A stretch of 63,731 bases of DNA, counting the filler, from Octopus bimaculoides (Eukaryota), in NCBI RefSeq assembly GCF_001194135.2. It is 4 parts of 4 records of this genome, joined end to end, with 100 filler letters (N's around TTAATTAATTAA, not from the genome) between each part and the next. Parts side by side here need not be neighbours in the genome. Positions count along the whole stretch, not along the records: positions 37,980 to 62,265 come from NC_069010.1; 3 more parts are not named here. One strand, 5' to 3'. Below the pieces are notes generated by a model. It searched no databases. It was not told the DNA's origin and was given only the letters and a program-made list of their open reading frames with translations. The first letter of the stretch is position 1; every line of letters starts with the position of its first letter. The position numbers were made by a program, and so were the translations under genes. Below are positions 49,663 through 60,562 of the stretch, piece by piece.

Positions 49663-49766
49663 TGTCTTTAGTACATCGTTCTCTGATGAAAAGAGCTGAA
49701 TTGAAGATATTCATCCAGAACAGAAACCATATTATCGATATCCAGGGTCAAAAATTTTCTCATTAA

Positions 49767-50435
49767 CCCTTTTGCATTTAAACCGGTTGTATCCAGTCAA
49801 AATATTCTCCGTTCAAACCAGCCAGATCTGACCTCTCATACCTACGCTACAATGTCAACCTACAAATAAGCAATCACATTATAATAATCTAGAGGCTTCA
49901 AGATAAGATATGATTAATTGTAAACCATGTGAATAAACAAGTATTATATTGGACAGACTAATCTTAATGCTTATTTACCCTTTTGATGCCAACCCGGCTG
50001 AAACCGCCTTTGGCTCTGAGTATAAATGTCTTGTTTTCAAAAGTTCTGAATAAAAATCTTCCACCCAACCTTTGTCACAATTTATGTTCCTAACACTAGC
50101 TGAATGATAACTAAGTTATTTTACTAAATTCTTTGATATATTTAAAATTAATTGGAAGAAACCCAGAGCATCTCAACAGAAATATGGTAACAAAAGGGTT
50201 AAAGTCACCACGATATTTTTAGTCCTTTTGATATCAACCTGGCTGAAACCGCCTCTGGCTCTGAGTACAAATGTCTTGTTTTCAAAAGTTCTAAATTAAA
50301 ATCTTCCACCAGACCTTAGTCACAATTGATGTTCCTAACACTAGCTTAATGATAACTAAGTTATTTTACTAAATTCTTTGTTATATTTAAAATAAATTGA
50401 AAGAAACACAAAGCATTGCAACAGAAATACGTTAA
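49767..50435 (+). mobile_element. Cluster of three piggyBac-like MITEs (49767-~49971, 49978-50198, 50224-~50435)
   Basis: TTAA-CCCTTT starts and an AAAGGG-TTAA end. The second and third are ~220-bp near-duplicates, and the first matches 58907-59124. Confidence 0.7.
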
Positions 50436-51008
50436 CATGTTAATAGTTAAAGATTGTTACCTATAAACATGTTTGTAGGTAAGATGTAGGCATGTACTAA
50501 AGAAATTTGCTTCGCAACCATGTGGGTTTGGATTCAATTTTACTGCGTGGCACTTTAGGTGAATGTCATCTAATTATAGCCACAGGCTGAGAGAAACCTT
50601 GTGAGGGGATTTTGTAGAGAAAAACTGGAAGAAGCCCACCGCGTATGTATCTTTGTTTTGACAAAATAAGGGGACATTTCTTCATGGCCGGACATGTTTT
50701 TTTACAGAAGATGGGAAGCAATAAACACCACTTGTATGATGGTGATGCTTGTTTACAACATGTGATACATATATATATATATATAAATATATCTTGAAAG
50801 AGTCATCTGTAATTTAATGTAACCAAGTGTTTCCTGATGATCTGTTGTGGACTATCATCAGAATGCACTTGGAACACCCACTGCTTGGTTCCAAACAACC
50901 CTAATGGTGAAAGGCACATAAGAACTATAACATAATCTCATTTTATCTACCTACCTACCTTTCTCTCAACCTACCTACCTACCTATCTGTCTATATATCT
51001 ATCTATAA

Positions 51009-52053
51009 CGGCTGTTGTCGCGTGTGGGACGAGCCCACTTATCAGCCGAGTCTATCGTGAATATTGTTCCGCCACCTTCCTTTAAACGGGAAGGAAAAAC
51101 GGTTTTTGTAACACTGATAGCTATGGCAAAAGAATGCGTGTGGTTTACGCGTTTGAAAGGTCTACAAACAAACACTTTCCTCTCTGGTCAGTCCCTCGTC
51201 AACTTTTTCAAGTACCACTTGAAAAGGAGGATGAGGATAGAGAGGAAGGTGTTGTCGAATGAAAGTTTCAATAAAAAATGGGTAAATGTGGTAAGAATGA
51301 AAGACGACACGATTTTAAGCATAGACTTGTAACAAAAAGAGACAAAAGGTACTTACTTTCATGTACNNNNNNNNNNNNNNNNNNNNNNNNNNNNNNNNNN
51401 NNNNNNNNNNNNNNNNNNNNNNNNNNNNNNNNNNNNNNNNNNNNNNNNNNNNNNNNNNNNNNNNNNNNNNNNNNNNNNNNNNNNNNNNNNNNNNNNNNNN
51501 NNNNNNNNNNNNNNNNNNNNNNNNNNNNNNNNNNNNNNNNNNNNNNNNNNNNNNNNNNNNNNNNNNNNNNNNNNNNNNNNNNNNNNNNNNNNNNNNNNNN
51601 NNNNNNNNNNNNNNNNNNNNNNNNNNNNNNNNNNNNNNNNNNNNNNNNNNNNNNNNNNNNNNNNNNNNNNNNNNNNNNNNNNNNNNNNNNNNNNNNNNNN
51701 NNNNNNNNNNNNNNNNNNNNNNNNNNNNNNNNNNNNNNNNNNNNNNNNNNNNNNNNNNNNNNNNNNNNNNNNNNNNNNNNNNNNNNNNNNNNNNNNNNNN
51801 NNNNNNNNNNNNNNNNNNNNNNNNNNNNNNNNNNNNNNNNNNNNNNNNNNNNNNNNNNNNNNNNNNNNNNNNNNNNNNNNNNNNNNNNNNNTTTTTTTTT
51901 TTTTTTTGTACATACCCCAAACGTTTTCTCGATGCCTTTTCATCGTTATCCCCATTTTAATTTTTACTTTATTTTCGTCCCCATCGAAAAGAAAAACTCT
52001 ACATTTGTATTTTGTCCCCTCTATGTTGAGCCCTGTGTGGCTAATAAAGAAAC
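51009..52053 (+). mobile_element. 5'-truncated Tx1/L1-like LINE with a 14-bp TSD
   Basis: ORF2 C-terminus ..LIAMAKECVWFTRLKG..FFKYHLKRRMRIER..* (AK..IW..R-type motif, stop 51332). The 3' UTR ends AATAAAGAAAC. ATATCTATCTATAA is duplicated at 50995-51008 and 52054-52067. There is an internal N gap. Confidence 0.75.
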
Positions 52054-52219
52054 ATATCTATCTATAAAGAGGGAAGAAAGAAAAGAATTAAGCAAAGGGG
52101 AGGCAAAGAGACGTTTGAAAGGGAAGGAGGAAAAGTGCGGGAGTGTGAGAAAAAGAAAGAAAGAAAGATAGAGAGACAAAGGAAGGGGGAGATAATGTAA
52201 GCGACATGCAATGTACAAC

Positions 52220-52272
52220 TTTTCGCGCGGTTTTCTTGGTCACGTGGCATGTGAATTTTCGCGCGGTTTAAA
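52220..52272 (+). promoter_or_regulatory. MCM4 promoter: two E2F sites and an E-box
   Basis: TTTTCGCGCGGTTT repeated exactly at 52220-33 and 52256-69, with GTCACGTG at 52239-46. TTTSGCGC is the canonical E2F site, and MCM genes are established E2F targets. Confidence 0.75.
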
Positions 52273-52274
52273 TA

Positions 52275-52380
52275 GTTTGTTGTAGTCAGCCTTAAATTTC
52301 TTCGAATTTACAACGAATCATCTGTCGTTTGATCACTTAATCGGGATCCTATTCTTGTGAATCCGACTAAACTGTGTAAG
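52275..52380 (+). other. MCM4: Probable non-coding first exon of MCM4 (start approximate)
   Basis: ATG-free sequence directly after the E2F sites, ending at donor AAG|GTATTT. Confidence 0.5.
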
Positions 52381-52640
52381 GTATTTATCTTAAAATCTAT
52401 GTTGACGATGTCTTTCATAATATGAATGTGTGATTTTCTTTTTGTTGTGGATATTACTATTTCTGTTGTGATTTACCAGCATTTATTATCGTTAGACCCT
52501 ACTCTGGGCTATTAGTTTTTGTCTCCTTATCCATTCATCCCCGGGATACTAAAATCAAAAATTGATCGGGCAATGAGACAGACACAAAGACCCCTAGCTG
52601 TCTAAGTTGATTGCCTTGTGCATACGTTAAGTTGCCGTTC

Positions 52641-53830
52641 ACGATCGTTAGACCTGCTAGAAATAGCAACCAAATGTCTTAAGTCACACTTCATTTGGAT
52701 AAACAAAAGGACTTGTTGGATAATTGGTGCCTTCCATCGATCGGGACCGTGTCGGTAGCATTACAGGACTCCTGTGAAACAATGCTCTGGGCTGTATTTA
52801 TTTTTTGACAGCAGATCACAGAACTAAGTCCCTAGACCTGTGAGGTCCCTGGGCAGATGCCCGTTGTCCCTGTGCCGTAAGTCGGCACTGTCGTCCGTTC
52901 GTCCACGGGATGCTAAGATAGTAACTAGTCAAATAACAAAATGGACCCAGCTTAAACTTCTAGTCTTATGTCTATGCAAGGTTATCTCTACCCGATCGCT
53001 ACTCCTTGTAGAAATAGCAACTAAACCTCTTAAGTTGCACTCCACTATCTGAAAAAAAAAACATAAGATTTGTTGGATAATTTCTGCAGATTTCTAATGT
53101 TATCACAGATGTTGTTTAGGCGGAATTCCTCCATTGTTTAGAACATGTTATGGGTAGTTTTTGCCTTCCGTCTGTTTATTCTTAGGAGGCTAAAAGAAAT
53201 ACTGGTTAAGTAATTAGAAATTCAATGACATCAACAATTCTATCAAACTCAAGCTTACATCTACGCAACGATTCACCTATTATGATATTTAAACCTAGCA
53301 GAATATTAACTGGAGGCAAAAAAAAAAAAAAAGGTAATCTCTGCTAGCAGTACTGGTTAAATTGGAATCTACCCTTTCTGAAAGGCTCGTAGAAATAGCA
53401 GCCAAACTCATCTCATATCTCATACCTGAAAAAGAAAGAAATAACAAAAAAAGAGCTTATATAATTTGGGATGGTTCAGTGCTTCTCAACCTGGGTCCAT
53501 ATAAGATTTTTGGGGGTTCATGTAACAAATGAGTAAGATTGGGACCCACAATAGTATTTTAAGGACCGCTTAATAAAATTTTACTTTAGATGTATTGCAA
53601 GAAACAACTGAATCTCTTTCTCTTGCATTTCACATTGTTCAACTTACACGAAGTTAATGTCGTGTTGTGATTTATTTTTGTCTTTACCCGTCCATTCTTG
53701 TGGTGCTAAAAAGCTTCAGACAACGAAGTGGATACAGACAGAAGCGATGCCACCTAAACTTGTAGCCTTGTTCTTATGCAAGATTTAGCTTTACGCGATC
53801 GCTGAACCTGCTAGAAATAGCAACCAAAGG
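52641..53830 (+). repeat. Four dispersed copies of a CTAGAAATAGCA(A/G)C(C/T)AAA-containing repeat
   Basis: Copies near 52641, 52995, 53385 and 53796; also at 46203 (+) and ~56060 (-). Confidence 0.6.
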
Positions 53831-54111
53831 TACTACTATTCAACTCGTGAGTCGTGACTGGTCGATCCTACGACTACGTAGCGCGAGTGCGCATCATGTG
53901 CAGAAATAGATGTGGCACCAAAATACACCCTGGAAAAACGTAAAACGACGTTTTAAGAGTAAGATGGGGGAAGATTCAACACAAAAAAAAAATATTTACT
54001 TTGTTTAGGATCTGATCGACTAGCTAGCGCGAGTGCGCGCACCGGAACCACTCTTGAATAGTACCGGAACCAGATGTCTAATGCCCTTGGAGAATTTTTA
54101 GTCGAATAAAT

Positions 54112-54905
54112 CTTCTACTATAGCCTCGGGCCGACTAAGGCCTTGTGAGTGGATTTGGTAGATGGAAACTGAAAGAAACCCATCGTATATATATGTGTAT
54201 GTGAGTTTACCGTAAACCGGGTGGAAGCTGCTAAGGGGAGACAACTCTCAATACGTCAGACGAAAGAAGTATCTTTAGCTCTTTGGAAATTTGAATTTAT
54301 GAAACGGGAAGGGAGTCTCGTGTCTTGTAATAAGGGTTGTGTGGAAATAGATCTGTCGAGCACCAGGCATGGCTGTGTGGTCAAGAAGCTGGCTTCCCAG
54401 CCGTGCGGGTTTATATTCAGTCCCGCTGTAGAGCATTCACTGTGTCCTTGGGCCGATCAAATCTTTTGTGAGTGGATTTGGTAGACAGAAACTGAAAGAA
54501 GCCTGTTTATGTATGTATCTGAAGCATTAGCGGTTCGGCAAAAGAGATGGAGATGGTAAAGAATACGCACATCCGGTGTTTAGGGTTCAGTCCCACTGCG
54601 TGGCACCTTGGGCAAGTGTCTTCTACTATAGCCTCGGGCCGACCAAAGCCTTGTGAGTGGATTTGGTAGACGGAAACTGAAAGAAGCCCGTCGTATATAT
54701 GTGTGTGTGTCTGTGTTTGTCCCCCTAGCATTGCTTCACAACTGATGCTGGTGTGTTTACGTCCCCGTAACTTAGTGGTTCGGCAAAATAGACCAATAGA
54801 ATAAGTACTAGGCTCACAAAGAATAAGTCCTGGGGTCGATTTGCTCAACTAAAGGCGGTGCTCCAGCATGGCCACAGTCAAATGACTGAAACAAGTAAAA
54901 GAGTA
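54112..54905 (+). mobile_element. Three tandem/nested SINE family B fragments (longest 54582-54905)
   Basis: GGGTTCAGTCCCACTGCGTGGCACCTTGGGCAAG..GTGAGTGGATTTGGTAG..CTAAAGGCGGTGCTCCAGCATGGCC..GAAACAAGTAAAAGAGTA. Confidence 0.85.
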
Positions 54906-55083
54906 CTGTACTGTTTCTACTTAGGATTCCCCCCCCCTTTTTTTTTTACAAAGGTCACCTTCCAAGCCCTTTCTTTGTTAATACACCCTAACTCCTATAC
55001 ACACGTATATGACTATTTCTTTGATGTTGCATGTCCTGTCGCTATATTTCTAGATTCTCCAGCCAAACCGATAAAGATAGATT

Positions 55084-55174
55084 ATGTCTTCACCCACCAG
55101 TACCCCAGGATCGCAACGGAGCAGGAGGGGTCGAAGCCAGGAACCTAACAGCCCTGAGGAGGGAATGGCAACGC
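55084..55174 (+). CDS. MCM4: MCM4 first coding exon (E2), MSSPTSTPGSQRSRRGRS..MAT(P)
   Basis: Resembles the metazoan MCM4 start MSSPASTPSRRGSRRGR. Phase-1 donor C|GTGAGT. Confidence 0.85.
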
Positions 55175-55654
55175 GTGAGTAACTGTTATATTTCTGTGAT
55201 GTAGGTGTAGCTGTGGCTGTGGTATTGAAAAGTTTGTTTCTAAGCCACATGGTTCCAATTTCAGTCCCTTCGCGTGGCACTCGGGGCAAGTGTATTAAAC
55301 TATACATATATACACACACACATGTATATACACATACATTATATATATATATAAAATAAATGATAAATGAGTATATGCATATATACGTACAAGTATGTGC
55401 ATACCTACGTCTACCTGTATATATAGGTGCATAGCTGGGTACAGGATGTTGCAAACAAAACGTAGACAAAAAAAATAATAATAACCAGAGTATAGAAAAC
55501 ACACAGGCCACAGAGAACATTTTCCTTCATCAGCTACCCCCATTCTAACACAGGCGTTTTGAAGAGTTACGGCAGGACGCATCGTTAAAATGGCTCTTCC
55601 CACGGGCCACAAATTAAATTTGTACCATGGAGGAATGTAGTGGCGGACAGGAAA

Positions 55655-55706
<52 letters not shown>

Positions 55707-55935
55707 ACATGTATAGGGTTCTTACAGTTTCCATCTCCCAGATCCATTTAAGGCTTTAAGCATTCAAAACCTCTTAAGGTGCCACACAGTAGGATTGAAC
55801 TCCAACCATATCATTAAGAAGCAAACAACCCCACCTGCGCCTAGTATACCGTATCCATTTGATAAATTTAGATATTCTTAAAACAATCTTATTCTTGTTA
55901 TTTATCTTTTAATTCTATTTCCCATAATTTTTCAG

Positions 55936-55968
55936 CTTCGAAGTCGCCCAACCCCAATGCTGCCACAC
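55936..55968 (+). CDS. MCM4: MCM4 33-nt microexon (E3), (P)SKSPNPNAAT(P)
   Basis: TTTTTCAG acceptor and C|GTGAGT donor; phase 1-1 and stop-free in frame. Confidence 0.7.
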
Positions 55969-56568
55969 GTGAGTATATTGCAGTCTTCATGCTTTTGTGG
56001 GTGATAGTGGTAGGGTCAATGAGGACCGGTTTAGCTTTTGATTTCAGTGGGTATTTGGCTGCTATTTCTAGCTGGTCACACAACCATGTAGATTAGGGAT
56101 GGGAGTGGTGGTGGTGGTGGTTATTAATTAGCTCAAGTGTCAGTAAGGCGATGCTGGTAACGATCACGCTCAAATGGTGCTATTTACGTGCCACCGGCAC
56201 GGAAGCGAAACAGCTGTTCTGGCAATGGTCACACTCAGATGGTGCTCACTTGAATATTCATCTGACAATTTTCAGTGTTAGCTTTCTCTCTATTTACATG
56301 TATGTATATATATATATATCCCAAGCTGTTTCCTTTGTTTATTTGCACCATTATCTCTTTCTCTGTGTGTGTGTGTGCATGCACACACATGTTTTAGTCA
56401 TTGGACCATGGCTGTACTGGGGCACATAGACACACATACATATAGGTATGAGAGGTCAGATATGGCCAGTTTGAAAATAAAACCTAGAGTATTTGGGCCA
56501 GTTTAAATGCTGAATTGTTAAAATTATGAAAATTTTTAAAGTATATTTTTCTTTTTCTTTTTTTCTAG

Positions 56569-56757
56569 CCAAAAGCGGACAGAAGAGGAAGCAGGGTGAT
56601 GAAACACCCCGTTCTGCTCGGAGACGTCGTCTGGATGCATCACCTGCTGAGGACCTAATTCCCCTTCCTTCATCTTCCTCACCACATCCAGCTGCTGGAA
56701 ATGCTGGCGGTGAACCCGATATATCTTTCACATCAAGTCCTGCCAATATCCGAACAG
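56569..56757 (+). CDS. MCM4: MCM4 E4, KSGQKRKQGDETPRSARRRR..FTSSPANIRT
   Basis: Long pyrimidine tract ending TTTTCTAG; donor CAG|GTGAAT; phase 1-1; S/T-P-rich. Confidence 0.85.
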
Positions 56758-56909
56758 GTGAATAGTTTGGGTTTTCACCTCAAAAGCTTTTTTTTTTCCC
56801 CCTAAATGTGTCTATATTGCTATATCTGAGTATGTATGTATAATATGATTGGATGCTTACTATATGATTCCTTGTTTGTGTGAGTGTATAATGTGGTTGC
56901 TTGGATACA

Positions 56910-56949
<40 letters not shown>

Positions 56950-57113
56950 AAAGTCGCCTCCCTGGCGGCACTTGTGCCAGTGTCACGTGAAAAGACATTC
57001 GGATGAGATCGTTGTCAGTACCACTGGATTGGCTCCTCTACAGGTGGCACGTAACATACACCATTTCGAGCGTGGCCTAACAGACATATATATATGTACA
57101 CACACACACACAT

Positions 57114-57275
57114 ACGATGGGCTTGTTTTAGTTCCATCTACCAAATCCACTCACAAGGCTTTGGTAGGCCAGTGGCTATAGTAGAAGACAAGTGCTGAAG
57201 GTGCCATGGGTGGGACCGAACCCAGGACCATGTTGTTAGGAAGCAAGCTTTCTACCACACAGCCATGCTTGTGCC
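57114..57275 (-). mobile_element. SINE family B in MCM4 intron
   Basis: GATGGGCTT..CTACCAAATCCACTCACAAGGCTTTGGT..CACACAGCCATGCTTGTGCC. Confidence 0.75.
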
Positions 57276-57315
<40 letters not shown>

Positions 57316-57594
57316 ATTGCTTAAATGTGTGTTAAACTTGGATTGACTGTGTATATGAATTGATTGGGTGTATATATATATATTGATTGCCTAGATGTGT
57401 ATATATCTGAAATTGATTGTGTGGATATATAATGTGCTTACTGAGGTGAATATAATTTGATAAGGTGTGTATATATTTTCGTTGTCTGTGTGTGTATGTG
57501 ATTGCTTGGGGTACATGTATAATTTTCATTGCTTCAGTGTATGTATAATGTGTGTGTGTGTGTATATATATATATGCTTATTTAATTTTTCTAG

Positions 57595-57758
57595 GTGGCT
57601 TCAATACTAGTGAGCTGGACTTGTGGTCTCCTGTGAACTATGGTTTCCCAGCCACCCCTAAGACACCTGGACTTGGAAGCACCCCCATACGTCATCGGTC
57701 AGACATTCGAAGTGACCGCAGAATGAAACAAGTGGACATTGGTGGTTCGGATGCTGTG
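57595..57758 (+). CDS. MCM4: MCM4 E5, GFNTSELDLWSPVNYG..STPIRHRSDI..QVDI
   Basis: TTTTTCTAG acceptor; GTG|GTCAGT donor; phase 1-0. Matches the D.SSPL.YG and TP.R.R.D....QV motifs. Confidence 0.9.
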
Positions 57759-58402
57759 GTCAGTTGGCTTTTGTATTTACCATTAGAACTTGGCTAGTTC
57801 CTTGTATGCTCACACACACACACTATTCAATTCATTCTGATTTGCTACTTTTAGGTCCATCTCATCGACAAGAGTCAATAAACTCGAAACATCGATGTCT
57901 GAGATTCCCGAGAGAGGGCGACACTGAACAAATGGGGTGTTTTCATGCCATTTTACCATAAGAGATTTTTTTTCCGCATTAACTGCTGTGTATTTGCCTT
58001 CAGCAATTGAAATATGTGACAAAACATATTTCAACTAACCTAAATTGTGATATATATATATTACATTCAAATTATGGTGAACGTAAACAAACAAACAAAG
58101 TTTGCTTTTAGAAGCGTTGAGATGTCTTAGAAAGTTAAAGAAGTGATTTTTAAATTCTCAAACGCAGGATAATGCTATTAACATAGCCTGAACAGGATAA
58201 GCTACCCCTATTTTGCAGAAAAGCTGTATAGAAATCTCGCTTTATGAGATGCTATAATACGTTAAATATCTATCTATACTCAGTCTTTCTTCATCTGTGT
58301 ACCAATATGTCCATAAATATCTGTTTGTAGCTGCTTGTTTCTATATTATGTGTGTACATAATTTAATTAAAACCTCAATTTCTTTTTTTCTCTTCTGTTC
58401 AG

Positions 58403-58600
58403 GATGGTGGAGTCCCAAGCAGTGAAATCAGTGCTTATGGCCCCCAGATGGTGATATGGGGCACGGATGTTGTTATAAACCATTGCAAGGAGAAGCTTAA
58501 GCGTTTTGTGTGTCGTTATATGGATGAGGATGTTGCTGAAGATGAGGTCTTCGATGGAATTGACCCGAAAAAGCCATATTATTTGCAACGACTGCAAGAA
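58403..58600 (+). CDS. MCM4: MCM4 E6, ..PQMVIWGTDVVINHCKEK..PYYLQRLQE
   Basis: The VIWGTDV motif is diagnostic of MCM4. TTCAG acceptor, GAA|GTATGT donor, phase 0-0. Confidence 0.95.
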
Positions 58601-58906
58601 GTATGTACAACCATAGCCTTCACTCACAAACTAAGATATGCTATGCTTTTGCTAATTTTCAGCTGGACACAGACAGCCTCTTTGTTTACCCTTTTTTATA
58701 CATTGATAAAGTATTGTAACACAAAGTGAATGTCCTTTATCTATTACTTGTCTCTGTAACCTAGCGCTTCAGCAAAAGAGACTGACAGCATAAGTACTAG
58801 ACTTTAAAAAATAGACTGCTATGGTTGATTTATTCAACTAAAAACCCTTTGAGGTAGTGATCCAACATGGCCACAGTCAAATAACTGAAACAAGTGAAAA
58901 ATTAAA

Positions 58907-59124
58907 CCCTTTAGTGTTTAAACCGGCCATATCAGGCCAAAATTGTCTTCCTGTTTTATGCTCAAACCAGCCAGCTCTGACCTCTCACACCTACCCTACA
59001 AAGTCATTCTAAAAATAAACAGGGACACCATCAAAATCTCAGAGTTTCAAGATGCTGTACAATTAATTTGAAACAATAATTAAACAGGCTTTACATTTGA
59101 CAGGGTAATCTGAATGCTAAAGGG
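58907..59124 (+). mobile_element. piggyBac-like MITE in MCM4 intron
   Basis: Starts CCCTTTAG and ends GTAATCTGAATGCTAAAGGG-TTAA; body shared with 49767-49971. Confidence 0.7.
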
Positions 59125-59352
59125 TTAAACACACACATGCACACACTCTCTCATTCACACACACACACTCCCTCATACTCACACTCTCCCTCATGCACAC
59201 GTACCCGTCATACACAATCACACACACAATAAATCATCCAGTGATGCAAAATCACACCCACACACACAGAAATGTTCTGTGCCTCACCATCGTTCCATTT
59301 GTGCAATAAACTATGCCGATTGCTGACTTCTGTCCTTCTGATCCCGTTCCAG

Positions 59353-59587
59353 ATTGGTGTTTCTGGTGACCCATTCCTCTGCATCAACTGCGCTCACCTC
59401 AAGAAATTCGACGCCGACTTCTACCGGCAGATGATCTGCTACCCCCAGGAAGTGGTGCCGATCTGTGACATGGCCATCAACGAGATGTTCTTTGAAAGAT
59501 TCCCAGACACAATTCTTGAACATCAGATCCAGGTCCGACCATACAATGCTGAAAAGACCAAGTATATGAGGTCTTTGAACCCAGAAG
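59353..59587 (+). CDS. MCM4: MCM4 E7, [31 protein letters not shown]
   Basis: Conserved YPQEV.P..DMA.NE.F and EHQIQVRP; phase 0-1. Confidence 0.96.
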
Positions 59588-60094
59588 GTGGGTTTCGAAA
59601 TGGGCTGGCCTTTAGTCGGTGGTGGTGGTGGTGGTGGTGGTGTTGTGAGGTCTTATGATGTGTAGCTTGGTGTTGTAATGTTTGCTGTGTGGCCTGTCAT
59701 GTGAAGGGATGTGGTGTTGTGATGTTTGGTCTGTGATGTGTTGTGCTGTGGTGGGATTTAGTGTTGCATGGTGTTGGGTTGTGATGCTTTTGTTATGTAG
59801 TGTGGTGTGATAATATAGTACAGTGTGGTTATAGTGGTGGTCTGGTGTAGTGTGGGTGTGTATATTGGTGCACTATAAAGGTGGTGTGTTAGTAGTGTAG
59901 TGTAGTGTTGGTGTAGTAGTATGGTTGTATTTGGTATAGTGTGGTGTGGTTGAGGTAATGCTGGAGTGGTGACACTAGTCTCACTCACACTGTGTCACTG
60001 GTCCTGGCCCTCACTAGCCATTACTCACATTTGCTGACCTTCATGCATACCAGCCCTGGCCCTTGTCACACTTTCCTGTGCCCTCTAATCCTCA

Positions 60095-60212
60095 CTCACA
60101 CTCACCTGTGCTCTCTGGCCCTTGCTCAAACTCGCCCGTGCTCTCTGGCCCTTGCTCACACTTGCCCATGCTCTCTCACTCACACTCAGCCATGCTCTCT
60201 GGCCCCTTACTT
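60095..60212. repeat. Degenerate ~30-bp minisatellite CTCACACTCRCCYRTGCTCTCTGGCCCTTG, ~4 copies
   Basis: Directly visible in the 3' part of MCM4 intron 59588-60255. Confidence 0.75.
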
Positions 60213-60255
60213 ACACTCACTGACCCCCCCCCCTTATTTTCTTTCCTCTTTTCAG

Positions 60256-60498
60256 ATATCGACATGTTGGTCACCATATCCGGCATGGTGATCCGTATGT
60301 CTTCGCTGATCCCAGAAATGAGGGAAGCTTTCTTCAAATGCAACATCTGCGGAAATGGTACATCTGTTGAGATCGACCGAGGTCGTATTGCTGAACCCAA
60401 CCGCTGTACCGACTGCGAGTCAAAGCATTCCTTCGCCCTGGTGCACAACCGTTCACATTTCTCAGACAAACAGATGATCAAACTTCAAGAATCTCCAG
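60256..60498 (+). CDS. MCM4: MCM4 E8, [19 protein letters not shown]18-[14 protein letters not shown]
   Basis: MCM zinc-binding motif and the conserved [13 protein letters not shown]; CAG|GTAAGT donor; phase 1-1. Confidence 0.97.
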
Positions 60499-60562
60499 GT
60501 AAGTGCCTGCTCAACTTTGGATGAATTTCTGCTCCATTCAACTTTGTCCACTGTGGACACGT

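Noticed and set aside
55153-55180. CCCTGAGGAGGGAATGGCAACGCGTG resembling a hammerhead core
   Set aside because: No GAAA box or stem II, and it is MCM4 coding sequence plus a splice donor.
55505-55545. Minus-strand CTGATGA-AGG..CCT hammerhead candidate
   Set aside because: The stem is followed by GTG, not GAAA.
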